From the NCBI GenBank assembly GCA_030141605.1, contig JAQGDQ010000045.1, positions 744,001 to 808,000 of the forward strand: a DNA stretch of 64,000 nt. The letters are read 5' to 3'. Within the stretch, counting starts at the first letter, position 1. Each line of letters begins with the position of its first letter. This DNA is from Tubiluchus corallicola (lineage: Eukaryota; Animalia; Priapulida). The notes under the pieces were generated by a model. It worked only from the letters and a program-made list of their open reading frames with translations. It had not been told where the DNA came from and searched no databases. Both the position numbers and the translations under genes were made by a program. Below, one piece after another: positions 1 to 13,371 of the stretch.

Positions 1-2841
1 ATCAATTTAATTTCACTCCCGGAGCTGATTTAATTTACTGATTCATTACAAAACTTGTATAGAGATTCATTACATAGTTGCTGTTAAATTTGATTTTCTC
101 CATATGCTTAGCACTAAAAGGTGAAAACAAACTTAGAGTGAGACAGAGCAAATACATAGTGACAGTACTCAGTCCTATTTAAAAAACAGCAACGCAGGTA
201 AAGAAACCAGCCTTTGAACTTTATGACTTGGCCAACATTTTATCTGTAGATTCAAATCTGAACATCTGAACTAACAGTAACAGCTGAATTTATTTTGTGA
301 ACACGCATTCTCCAGGCTAGCACTAAATACTAGTATTTTGGCCTTGCATGATAAAAGATGTCGATACATTCACAAATTTTCTATTGGATTTCATAACGGT
401 TTTTGATACAATCATTATATTAGCACAGGTCGTTTAATTGACTCGTTGCAATTCAATTTTACTGCATTTTGTTAAAGTTCACATTAACTCACAATCGCAG
501 TTAACAACTGGTATAATCTACATCCACAGACAGCTCAACATCATACCAATTTCTTGTAGCCTTGTAAAAGGACGTACGTGTATAGAGGAGGGTGATAGTT
601 TGTGTATACACAACAAGTGGCAATTATAGTACCTTACAAATAGTTAAGTACTAATTAAGCTTAAAAAAGTTCAGATATAAAAACACATGCCAACAATTCC
701 CAACAATAATAAATGACACCCGTCATGTCTCCAATGAACTGCACTTCAAAACGTGGCTTGAAATCAAATTGAGTGAATAAAAAGCAAAACTCGACAAGCC
801 GCTTCTAACTTACGGTGAATTAAACTTCAACAAGTAATAGTCCACGGAAGCTGCTACAAAAACAAATGTGTATGCAAAATTGTCCATAACGTCATAGATT
901 ACAAAGCAGTTTATGCCATGTCACGAAATCCATGAAAGATGTTTGTTCTACAGGAAGACATTAAAAAAATGTTTTCTCATTAAAACTAAAAATGACTTAA
1001 ATTACCTCTGATGCAAAGCCCACAGCGAGTACTCATCATATCTAAAGCTTCAATAACCGCACAATACGGGCAATCCAAATATAAAAGGTAAGAAGTGGCA
1101 AGCATTACGTAGATGCGTAGTGTGCAGTTCTCCAAACTAGAAGGGTTCAAACCAAAATTTTAAATTATATTTCGCGAAGTTTTGTCGTCTTTGGCATAGA
1201 AACCAGTCTCTCTCGATCCTTCGCTAAGAAGCCAGTCTCTGTGCAATCTAAAGCACTTCCGTTGTATTTGCGAAGTATGGAAGCAAATCTAGCATTTCCT
1301 TCTTCATCAGACACAAATGGTTGACTTCTTTGACATTTTTTCTTACTTAAAAATCAGAAATCAGACCACGTTTTATAACTGCACCTTCACACAAGCACTG
1401 CTGGCTGCAATTTGTGACACTGAAGGTCTAAAAACAGCAGAAGTTCTCATACGAAGCAGAAAACTTTAAGCTCTTGTTGGTTCATGTGTAATCCCCCAGC
1501 CTCAGAAATAGCGTCAGACCTACGATATGACTTCAAAGTTTCACCAGCGGCAAAGTATTTTGAAAAACTGGGATACGTGATATTAGCATTGAACTGTGTC
1601 CAACCATAGCTTGCCAGTACAAGAAGCCAGCAAGCAACATAAACAAACTCCGCCACGCCACACTATCTAGTCAGGGTCAGTATGTTCAGGAAAAGGTCAA
1701 AACAGACCGTTCAATTTAATTTAATCCTACATAATGTAACTTGGAGGTAATGTACATTAACTAAGTCAATTACAGCAAGCTAATAATGGTTTTATTTATA
1801 ATCTAAGATGCACCACGACAGCTACCGTAACGGGGGGAAAATGTTCTTTATCGACTTACGACAAACATAAGTGTTACGAAGGTCAAGAACTATATTTCGG
1901 TTTCACAAAACTTTTGCAAGAGGATAAAAATGACTCGCTACCTTTAACACGTGATAAGAGAATATATTACCATGTAACGGATGGCGTTTAACTGGTTATG
2001 AACACTCATATTTGTACGGTTTGTTTGCACGTAATCTGGATTCTAGAACAAGTACAACCGAAACTGAATGCGTCAACGCACATAACCCAATCGCTTACCC
2101 TATAATATAATACAGGAAAAAGTACATATATTTGTATTTTGTGGTATAATTTATGAAAGGTATTCTCGGGATTTCTCTTCCAGAGTAACGACAATTGATA
2201 ACTCATTTTACAGTAGTTTCTCTTGATTTTGCCCAGGGTATTTGTTATAGACATTGTAGGTCTATGAACGTGGGTTTTCCCGCGGCATCTAATTTGCGTG
2301 CACAGTTCTTTACCAGAAAAAGTTGCTTCCTTGGCTCTTTTCCACAATTTTATTTTTCTGGTCCTACATCCATATTCTCGGATGATAGATTAAAATCTGC
2401 TTAATGGGCAAGTTTGATAGTGTTCATTGCAAAGAGTCAATGATTTACGGACAAAATAAACACCACATTGACAGTATTGTAGATTCTTTCAAGTCAATCT
2501 ACACAGTCAGAAAACAGCGAATGTAGCAGAAGTAATGCAACAGGCCTGTGTGGCAGCAACTAACAAGTGGCGCCTTCATACTTCAAGCAGCGCAACTTCG
2601 CCGGATCGGATTTACTGTTTTAGCTTTTAAGTACACACATAGCTATACGAAACTTTTTATTTAAACAAAATGAAAAGGAAAAATAGCACTAAAGATGAAT
2701 TTAAATTAATAAAATCCTTAATAAACGGCATTTTTAATACTTGAAATGTTTTGCTCTAAGTTTAACACTTACTCTCAGACTACCATCTTCTCAGTAGATA
2801 GCAAATAAGTATGACAGTACAAATATTTACTTAGTATATAC

Positions 2842-3001
2842 CTTGGTAATTCTCCCAGTTATCATCATCAACAGCAAACATATCAGAGACATCATTAGCT
2901 ACTGCCATCATGTATCCAAAATTAAGATTGCGCAGCATCATCAACATCTTCAACATCCGAGGCAGTTTGACGTGTAAACCAAGGAAACGGAAGCGAATCA
3001 T
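2842..3001 (-). other. Possible alternative first coding exon of an unidentified minus-strand gene that continues beyond the left edge
   Basis: ATG at 3001 opens 53 codons + 1 nt (MIRFRF...MMAVANDVSDMFAVDDDNWENYQ) ending at AAG|gtatat. No homology recognised and the donor is weak. Confidence 0.2.
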
Positions 3002-3411
3002 TTATATTACTAATAAATCAATGCACGCGTTAGTGCACTATAAACATAATACAGTATTTCATTCTACCTAGCCGCAGCTCCTTTTCAAATTAAGTGCATC
3101 TTCGGGTATACCTCGGCACTTAAAAGTGTGGCACATGAATTCTTTTGCCATATAAAAGTTACTGTATTTTTCGAGGCACCAAAGGCTTTCCGTGAGTACT
3201 GATTGGCATACTTCTGCATAAACACAAGGCAAAGAGCTGATAACAAAGTACAACACACACACACAGTACTTATTTAGTGATAATTAAAACTTCATAGCGA
3301 ATTTTATATGTTGGTAGGGACTTCGTGAAAGCGAGGTTTTAGCTCACGTATTAGCATTCTTACTCGTCTTTCATTCAAAGTTTTAACAGCACCGTTTGTA
3401 AAAATAAGCAA

Positions 3412-3514
3412 TTGGAGAAATATTTTCCATCCTAGTTGGGCAATGGCGTTCATATATCCCTACGTTGGAGAAATATTTTTCCATCCTACTAGGGTAAACG
3501 CGTTCATATATCCT
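3412..3514. repeat. Imperfect tandem duplication, unit about 53 bp
   Basis: TTGGAGAAATATTTTCCATCCTA...GCGTTCATATATCC occurs at 3412 and 3465. Confidence 0.8.
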
Positions 3515-6500
3515 AACATCATGTTTAGCTGGTTTAGCAACATCCACAGAACTCAATCAGACATTTTGACACTATCATACATAATAATTATATAATTCAT
3601 CCACGGTCCACATAGCAATTTCCCAAGCACATTAATTACAGGGAGCAGCTTAAAGCTGTCAAAATTAGCACCGTATAATCAACACACACCGTAATGAAAC
3701 TGAACGTCAGTATAGTTGTAAATAAACTCAGTATGCAAATGAAAACAGTTGTTGGAAAACGGTGAGCTTAAACGTCTTGTTAAAGCAATCATCACGGCAC
3801 GGCTCCAGCCACATGATACAAAACACAGCCACTCAAAAGATAAGCAGAGGCCAAACAAACTAGTGTTGCAAGCCTGGTACCGAAACTAGGCCTATTCCAG
3901 TAACTAAATGACAGCTTATTCAAATAAGAAGACACCTAGTTAGCGATAGCACATATTTGTTGGAAAGTTGATTTGTATTGAAGCTGTTTTTGTGTTTCCC
4001 CAAAAATTTCCATCAAGAAGTTTTCACTTGAGAGTTTAGACACGGTACATCCTTAGTTATACAAGCTGCAGCTAAATGTTTGCACTATTTTCTAAGAATC
4101 ACAAAAAACGCCAGCGCGTCTCAGCAATCATGAGCTGAATGGGAACCGCATGCACACAAACTCAGTATCAAAATCCATAACTCCTCCAAAAATAGAGCGT
4201 ACGCGCTGGTTTTAAAGAACGTATAAAATTCGTGCAAGCTGGAGGTAATGGACGAAAGAGTTCTAATGGCCTGTGCTATGAATATCTGCAACTCTGTAAC
4301 TGGCCAGCGTGGATCATCGTAAAGAATTTGGAACATAAATGATTATAAACATTATGATAATTCATAAAATGAAAGTCCAACAAGTTTGAAATTTGCATAT
4401 TACAGATTTACAGTTATTTTTGACTACCCAAAACCAAAACATTCAAACCTAAATTAATCATCATACCACTCTTGACTGGAGCATGCGAATTGATCAATGA
4501 AAGACTAGAATTGTGTACAGTAAAATTCCTAATGAACATAAAAACATAAATCAGATACACAGGAGATGTCATAGAAACGGATACATTGAACGCGTAAATC
4601 TAGCATTGAAAATCCTTTAGGTGAACTGATTTATTATGGCATTCTATCCGAAACTACATACTTCTTAGCTCAACTAGTTGCTTACTTACTATCATTCAAT
4701 GTCATGTGGGAGTTGAACATTTCGAATGTGCCAGCAGGCAGCGGTCTAGGTTCATCTACAGTTGGAGGTAATCAATAAACTAAGGCAAAAAATACCAAGA
4801 TATAAATTAAACACTCCTTTTGCAAAAGCCTGGTACCAGATTCATGTAAGTAGTAACTTTATGCCCTTAAGTGAATTTTCTTACGACACTTCTAAGACAG
4901 TGTTGTAAATCGCATTCATGTAGCTGTCTTAAACCAGCTATACGCACGGTTTTAACTAAATGTGTTTGTGCAATGTTTCAAATTATCATAAATTTATATA
5001 TGACTACATAAAATTCAGATTTCGCTTAAATACCAGCCGAGCTAGTACTCGCAAAAATTCTATTTCACCCGAAGAATTTTAGTAGCAGAAAGTAAAAACC
5101 CTTTGGGACAAGAACTTCTGTATTGCAGTGGTTTCGTTAGGAATGTTGAAAAGACTCCAGCATTCGATAGATTTTCACATATGCAAGTCATTAACTTCCT
5201 CCTTGCTGGTAAACATGTCCTTAGAAAAACGGAGCAATCCACTCGTTAGATAAGTCAAGTAACGCGTTCATATGATAACACAGAATAAAACTGAGATGGT
5301 ATTAGACATAGAGTCTACCGTAAAAATGATAAAGTGAGATGGCTCTGTATACAGGCTCAAGAGTTTACAGGCATTTGGTCTAGATAATAAAACCAGTCTT
5401 TTGAAAATCAGTAAAGATACTGAATCTGATCAGTGAACGTTTAACTCACTGCAAGGTTACAAACAACAGGCAGTAGGTAAAACTGTCAACTGTCAACATC
5501 ACAAACAACTGTACATTAATTACACGTTAAAACGAAATACATGTATGCCCAGGAAGTGTGATAAAATTAATAGCAAAGCAAAAATTGAGAGGTAAGATAC
5601 AAACGAGCTTCATATTGCGAGGGAAGTTCAATAGATTACCACAGTTTACGTGACAGGCTAGGATGATTTGAGGGAGTGCTTCAACCCATTTTTGTTTTTT
5701 GATAGAAAGATTACACGAGATGAATGAACTGTTAGCAATGTACATGTCATTCAAGATTTTTTGTTTCGTTGACAAGATGATTAGCCAATTTTAGAACTGT
5801 TTTGAAATAATGTTCATTTTATTGATTTATGATAGCCTCTTGAACCAATTTTCACTGCAAACAATTTAGACTTATGCGTGCATTTTACTGCCATTATTGT
5901 AACCCTACGCTATGCTGTCTTCAGTGACTCTTGCTGTAGGGCTTACTTGAGTTTAGAAAAATGCTAACTTTTCATTCTGATGAAAAGATATAAGATTTCT
6001 CACTAATTAGAATTCAAAACGGTAATGACAAATATCATAAAATAGATATTTTTAGAATCGCGTATAAAACCCTATTGGTAAACCTTACAGCAAAAATTAG
6101 TAATTATTTTCAGAATACCTTAAAAAATAGAGAATTGTTTAAATATAATGAAGCCACATATTGCTAAGTACTGTGTATTTATTACATGGCAGGTGGGTAT
6201 AATTTGAAACCAGAACGTTATCCGCGTATGAAGTCATTAACATTGAAACAGGTCAAGGAGTTACGAACTTCAGTGAAGGAGATTTAGAAGGCAAATGAGG
6301 ACCTTTACTGAATTCAATATTCATTGATACAGCAATATCTGCTCAACTGCTACTGGGACGCCATATAAACCAGTGTTGCCTAATGAGTCACACAGATGAG
6401 TGTACATGTAGTTAATGCAAGACTAGCATGAGAGATAAGCTTTATTTTGAGCGTTATGAGGATTTTCTCTTCTCAATATCTACAAGTATCCATAGTGCCT

Positions 6501-7964
6501 ACAAAAGCGCCACAAAAAATATTTAAATGATTAACTGGCATTCAATTAAACTTGCAGTAACCTGCATTATCATCCAATAGATATACGATTTCAGAGTTTT
6601 CTATTTACTTGCAACTTCTGTGGTTTTGTTCGCAACAGGATTTGTTTGCATGAAAATCAGCTAGATTGTAGATGTTCAATTAGGATATATATAAAAGTAT
6701 TTTTAGTTAAATTGTTCCTCATGTAATATAATTATATAATGAACAATATTTCTGTCACATATTTCGCAGGAAAGACCAATTTCGCAGCTAGTTACTTCCC
6801 CCTTCATTTGAAACTCTTACAAGCACAGAAGAGACAAAAATAATATTGAATAATGAACAATGAAGTGCTAGTTTAGCCTAGGTAGGTAATTAAAACTCGT
6901 ATTGCCAGCGCCAGATTCCAACTCTGAATAAGCTTTTCTTCGTTGATCATCAGTCATGAAACTAAGCACTTGGGAATTTTAAGGGATCATCACAAATGTT
7001 AATGGCAGGCACTACATACACTAAGGCTAAGCATAAATCAAGATACTTGAACTATTCTGAATTTAAACTCTTTAAGAAACTGAAAAGTGAAGCTTCTATT
7101 TTGTTTTAGGGAATAACAGGGACAATACGAAAATGTCGACAAAAAACTATAAGAGACTGTACATGGTATTTATTTTATTCTTATTTATAACTCGATTACA
7201 ACTTTGAAAATGCTGCATTTAACAGGAACTTACTATGAAGCACAAGTACGGAAATTATAAGTGTAAATTTTACTGCATGTTCGGCTTATATCCTATACTA
7301 CAGTAGTTTAAATGCTTAATGATTAATGAGCATAATTTTGTCATAAGGCTATGCTACATTGTGCTATAATTGTTTTATAATAAGAATCAAATTTTGCTTG
7401 CCGTTAGTGTTAAATTTTTGCTAACGGTCTTACACAAATTTAATAAGCTTTTAGTACTTTAATTATATTCAAGAATTAAAGAAACTCAACAGCAAAATAA
7501 AAACTGTTAAAGACACTGATTTGATTAATGTACATATAACTATAATCTTAAACTTCTTGCACTAACTTCTACATTTTTCAAAATCAAAATTCAAACTTTT
7601 TATGTTTTGTAGGTCCACTTTGTAGGAAACTTCCCCGTAAGACACTAAAAGACTGCATAACCATTTTCTTTGTTTACATTGTTATATAGGGGAAACTTGC
7701 TTTTCCATTGTTCATGTGATAATTTTGGTGAAGTTGGTGTCTGAAAAAAGCTTTTATATCTTACAGGGTGCAGCCATCCTAAATCGAAGTTTTCAAAGTT
7801 TGATGGTTTAGCCAGGTTTACTATTTACATTTTTGGTACAGATTCTTCTTGAGTTCTTCTAGTTTGACCAGCATTGGCACAATGACAACTATGCATCAAA
7901 TTAGAACCTACATTTTTTTATACTAGACCTACTATAAATAATGCGACTTAAACATAGCACAGCC

Positions 7965-8560
7965 ATAGATATAGACATAGCATCTTTATTGGACATATAA
8001 TTATGCTATGCATAGTATACATAAAATTTGTCGTCTATGCTTTGCACAGACTTAGCTAATTAAGCGATTAAGTATTGCACCTATAAGGCAACAAGCAATT
8101 AAGCAACAAGTATGCACCTATAATTAAATTCAACTGTAAATAAATCTAAATGTTACAATTAAAATAAAGCTTAAAAATAGAACAAAATAATAATTATTGA
8201 AAAGTGTTTAGCTACTACTGAACTGCAATTAAGTGCTTTAATTAATGCTTTAATTGATTGGAATGGAAAAAAATTAAAATTTAAAGCGGTTTGTTTTTGA
8301 AAAGTTCACATTTAATCTTACTTTGTGCAGGGAAAATAGTGAATTGTTCATGTAGCGGATGATAGGTGCCTTCCATAATATTCTTTAGCATCTTCGGTAC
8401 CATTACACACAATACAGTAGGCCTACGGTCAGGAATTAAATGTTCATTAATCATGGATCTAGAATTACCCACAAATCTTACCTACTTAATGCATATTCTC
8501 TTTAGTCTTTCCAAATTAATTTCTAAGGTAGAGTTTGTCAGCATATAAAAAGTGCCAAAT
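7965..8560 (-). mobile_element. Degenerate 3' end of a non-LTR retrotransposon (L2/Rex-like)
   Basis: Minus-frame KMLKNIMEGTYHPLHEQF resembles the HPLH motif at the C-terminus of L2/Rex ORF2. AATAAA plus a short (ATGTCT)-like tail lies near 7970-7990. Confidence 0.4.
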
Positions 8561-8717
8561 TTACATTAGTTTAGAAAAGAAAGCTGTTTTATAAAACACA
8601 ATTACGTATACTGCTATTAGTATTAGTAAAACTAGCGAAGTATTGTTCATCAACAAACGCAAACAAAACAAAAAGAAAATTATCGATTTTAATAATAATT
8701 TTGATGCTGCCACTTAC

Positions 8718-8935
8718 CGAATGGCTTCTGGTAACCTAGTGAGAATGTAAACGAAATTCCAACATGTTTCGCTAATGTTTTTCCGTAATGCAATCTAATA
8801 ATGACAATCTTAGCACTCCCATTTTCCATTTTACAACCCCAACATTTTCATGTTTAGCTGAGGCGACTTACATCGTAATTTCTGATTTATCGACAGAGGC
8901 AGTTGGTTATTCGTGATTGTTGTTAACCAATCACA
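8718..8935 (-). promoter_or_regulatory. Putative Pol II promoter and first exon of a leftward transcript, divergent from the tRNA
   Basis: Consensus donor CG|gtaagt at 8718/8717, AAAATG at about 8829 and a CCAAT box (AACCAATCA) at about 8925. Product unidentified. Confidence 0.3.
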
Positions 8936-9012
8936 AAGATTCATACAAAATCGTTACGCCTTGTGAGCAAATCTTGCTCAACAGCGCTGGAATTTGCTGA
9001 GAACTAAGAAAT

Positions 9013-9084
9013 GGTTCTATGGTGTAATGGTTAGCACTCTGGACTTTGAATCCAGCGATCCGAGTTCAAATCTCGGTAGAACCT
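9013..9084 (+). tRNA. trnQ-TTG: tRNA-Gln (anticodon TTG)
   Basis: 72-nt cloverleaf: acceptor stem GGTTCTA/TAGAACC, anticodon arm CTGGA-CTTTGAA-TCCAG, T arm CCGAG-TTCAAAT-CTCGG, canonical A and B boxes, TTTT terminator at 9089. Confidence 0.98.
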
Positions 9085-9086
9085 GA

Positions 9087-9156
9087 TGTTTTGCAAATGA
9101 CTATAAGTGAATCTGTTTACGTGTTTTGCAAATGACTGTAAATGAATCTGTTCACA
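9087..9156 (+). repeat. 35-bp tandem duplication containing the tRNA Pol III terminator
   Basis: TGTTTTGCAAATGACTRTAARTGAATCTGTTYAC at 9087 and 9122. Confidence 0.85.
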
Positions 9157-10404
9157 TATTCTGCGTTTTGCTTTAGCGACATTATCCATTATTTTCAGAA
9201 ATTTTCCATTGCATATGTTTGAATTCTTTTGACCAGTATCACACTAACCTCTATTCTTCGTTGTTCAGAGTTGCATTGTTTGGTCAGCGTATTGATAGAA
9301 GTACATGTAGAACTATCTATACTGAAACGTGAATTCGGAAGGAAAATGCCGTAATATTGTTACGTTTTAATTTTGATTTGACACCTCTCACGATTAAATT
9401 TTTGAGAAAGGAACATGGTGCCCCACTGCCAGGCTTTAAATAATCTGACATCATCCTTGCACTGCTTCAATTTTCCACAGGTATAACCAAAGCTATCAAT
9501 TTTATTTTAGTAGCAATGAAAAATACGAGACTACACATCATTAGTCTGTGTCCTAAAGCCACAAGGAACTATTATAATTGATTTGTTAAGCCATGGACAA
9601 AAAATAGAAGAGAATGCGTTTAACATTACATGCTACAAAGGATTAATCTTTTGTAGCATGTAGTAATTTTTAGAAGCATTTAAGCGACATTTGAGTGACC
9701 ACTGTTCACGACTGTTTGAGAATAACTGCAAGTGAATGGTTATAAATAGCTAATTTGAATTTGCGCTGTGTATAGGTGTAGACTGAAATTCCTTATTCCT
9801 TATGGTCACCACACCTGGTTATTCCATCTTTGATGGTAGAACTTCATGCTTATAACGTTATTCTAATCGATCTCTTAGATTTGTGCAGGAGCATATTTAC
9901 ACATTCCAAGCTTGCTATTTCTCAGAGGCACACTAAAAATACAAAATAGCTCTCATTACCTAGCAGCACAACTGTAATTTGACATCGAGTTGGTAAGACA
10001 TTAAATCGGAGCTGAATTAAATTTGTTTGCTTATATATGCTGTCTTGTATGCCTACAGCCTACAACAAATTTAGCAAAGCTGTTTGATTTGTCCTTTCCA
10101 GTATTTTAACCCAACCTATATTTGTATTACAATTTTATAGTGTCTAAAAGATTGCAAGTTACAGTTGCAACAGATATTAAATTCATCAGAATTTTAGTAA
10201 AACGCTCAAAAAATAATATCTGTTATTGCATACAAATTTCTTACAATTTATTGGTAATATATAATATAAGTATATAACATAACGCAAGGCAGATCCTTTT
10301 TTACAACTATACAGTTTATGATAACTATGGCAACATCATAGAAAACGGAAAATTTACATGGAGGTGAACCATACATACAACAATAATTATTATTATCAAA
10401 AATA

Positions 10405-10443
10405 GATATATATATATATGTGTATGTGTGTGTGTATATATAC
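10405..10443. repeat. (TA)n/(TG)n compound microsatellite
   Basis: Seen directly in the sequence. Confidence 0.8.
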
Positions 10444-11341
10444 ATGTACTCTGCTGTGCTTTCAAATGGTGTAACGTAGAATAGTAGGTACTCACTGAAA
10501 AACTTAAATTTACATGATTTACATTGACTGGCTGCAACATCAGCAAAGCTATACAAATTTACACAAATACTCAAAGTCAAATAAGCCTGATAATCTACAG
10601 AATATAAAATTCTAAATTACACTCTTTAAAATCATTTTAGAATCACTACAAAAATGCATCAATCGCTTTAAACATCATACAACATAAATATTGTACGGTA
10701 ACTTATAGCAACAACAGGGTAATTATGGCAACATTATTATTATGAGAAAAAAGAGAAATGAGTGTAAACACACAACTGTGAATTTCATACAAGTAAATGA
10801 ACTGATGACATTCATTAACATATTTCATTAACTTTACTAAATAAGTCAAGCATAACTGAACACTGAAATACAATTTGGATTACTAGGCATAATTCAGTAC
10901 GTAATTTTCATCAGGCATGTATGTAAAGAAACTAAAAAAGCATTGACAATGCCCTCGTGTGTTTCTAGAGTCAAACCAATTACTTTATCTTTTATCAAGA
11001 TTGAATAGTTCAACTACTGTCCAAAAACCAAGATAAAAATATGTATAATAAATCTCATAACGGATACATATTTAAGATACTTTTAAGAAATAATTGTTTG
11101 AGTTAAAATTACAAATTCCGAAAACTGTACCCTTCTATTCCTTTTCAAGATTAGTTTCTAAAGCACTAACATACTCATTGAATCGAACATGATAAAAATT
11201 ACTTTTTATGCAAACAATTGCCACAGTTGTTACACCAACTTATGAAAGCAGATAAGATCTTATAATACGCAAAAGAACTTGAATGTGCACACCAGTACTG
11301 GTGAACAATAATGTATGTAAAACCCCACTGATAAAGATATA

Positions 11342-11796
11342 CCGTATTTTCCCGTGTATAAGAGACCCTTGTGTATAAGAGACCCCTTCAATTTTTAGGC
11401 AAAAATTCTGGAAAAAAGTTTTTTCAGACGGACATTTTTAGAGGGCAGAGTACAACTTTTTTCAACTCAGTGCGGTACTGAAAACAAAATAAAACCAGTT
11501 AATGTGTTGTAGAAAAAGAGTACTGTTATATATTAAAGTGCGTACCTGCAAACCTGTAACAGGAAAAGAGAAAACGAGGAGATAATGCCTGTGTCACGAT
11601 GCTTGTATTGCTTACAACCGCTTCATAGTCGAACGCGACACGCAAAACAGTTGTAGAGCACTTATTTCTTTAAAATCATTAGTGTCACAATTTATGCATC
11701 TTATTGAAAAGACTTACTCCCATGTATAAGAGACCCCCTATTTTTAAAGTGAAAATTCTGAGCAAAAAAGGGTCTCTTATACACGGGAAAATACGG
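11342..11796. mobile_element. Tc1/mariner-superfamily (pogo/Tc2-like) MITE
   Basis: Perfect 29-bp TIRs CCGTATTTTCCCGTGTATAAGAGACCCTT / AAGGGTCTCTTATACACGGGAAAATACGG, TA target duplication at 11340-41 and 11797-98, subterminal GTATAAGAGACCCC repeats, no transposase ORF. Confidence 0.92.
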
Positions 11797-13371
11797 TAAT
11801 TAACTTTCTGACACTCTTTAGTTAAATGTAAAAGTAAGTCATATACGATTGATTCAACATAACTAAAAACATACAACTTCCCTGGCATGTAGCAGCCTTT
11901 AACATAAAGCAACACTTACAATTGTCTTGTCAATTATTGCACTTAAGACACAAATTGACGAGCTATTCCGGGCACCAAAAATCACCTCTAAAAGAATTCT
12001 GTATGAGCATAAAACTGGTGTTTCTGCTAAATTTTACTTGGAGTAAACTTATTAAAAACACGATGCTCAGAAACATGTAACGGTTAAAGACATCATACAG
12101 ATATGAATGGCAAATTAAAATAAATTAAAAATGCTGAGTTTACCAAAAAGCAACACAAAAACAATTGTTTCCACATGACAGCTGAGTCATCAAAAGCAAA
12201 TTTATCTTAGTAGGTGAACACGAGGAATTAGACAGAAAATTAATTAATTATAAAATACTCTGCCAACAAAAATATAACTTAGGCAGCAAACAACGCTATG
12301 GACCGCCAGTCAGTACAAGTGTCTGAATATGTACATACATAAGCTAAGCAAACAAAGTATAAAGAAAATGCAAATAAATGACATGTAAAATCACAACAAT
12401 CACAACAATTCTTGAATTAGATGGCTGAATTAAAGACAGTTTTGCATGAATGTCAACCTCTTTCAAATGAGATAAATTAAAAAATTTACATGACGTCTGA
12501 AAAAAAGGCAGAATTCACAATCACCATTAAATAATGTTCTAGCTAACATGATTTAAAATCATTTACTCCAGTGCATTTACCTTTTTTACAACAAAATCCT
12601 CTGATACTAGTAGTGACAGATTTCACAATAAAAATTAAAAAAAATTCTCTGGCAATCATTATAAAATATACAATAAAAAGTAAAAAAATCATCTTAAAAG
12701 ACATTTTCATAAATTTCATTTTCTAAGACCAGCTTCAAAGCAGTCCAGTTAAGCTATGAAGTTACTCTTGATTACCCAACAAACTTCTAATTGGAAAATG
12801 TATTCCCAATGTAAACTTGCTTTTTTTTAATTTACACTTCATTGTATTGTGGTGTGGTGTTTAATATGAAATAAGCCGAAAATAATCCAACAAATTTAAA
12901 TGCAAAAAGCATGAAACGCATACTACACTTAGTGCTATGAACAAATCGAGAAGAAAACCATAAATTACAAAACGCATATTCCAAGCAAGTAGTTGATACA
13001 AACAGTAAAAAAAACAAATTGAAAATTCCACCATATCTGTCAATTATAATCCATGATTTGATAATGTCCAATTTAAGAACAAGAAAAATGCTACTTAAAA
13101 CCAACTAACCATAACAACACCATTTCTCAATCAGAAAGAGGTAGTGCCACACTGTTTGCACCATTTGCGTCATGGTAACACAATTATTGCTTAATACATG
13201 TCACGACAGTACTAAATTTCCACTAAAAATGTCTAAAAAATCTAGTAATCACTAATGAGGCACAATCATTTTCAAACAATGCATTAAAAAAGCTTGTTCT
13301 TAACGACTTAGCAAGTGACAAAACCCAGCATCAGGTGTATATGTCAGGTGTATATTGATTACGCTAATAAA

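Noticed and set aside
1150-1340. Minus frame ...YNGSALDCTETGF... as a pogo transposase remnant
   Set aside because: Only a faint resemblance to the DETG motif, with no TIRs or further motifs.
438-8548. Assorted 60-113 aa ORFs in the first 8.5 kb (and similar ones at 26-44 kb)
   Set aside because: Composition expected of random AT-rich DNA, many non-ATG starts, and no domains recognised.
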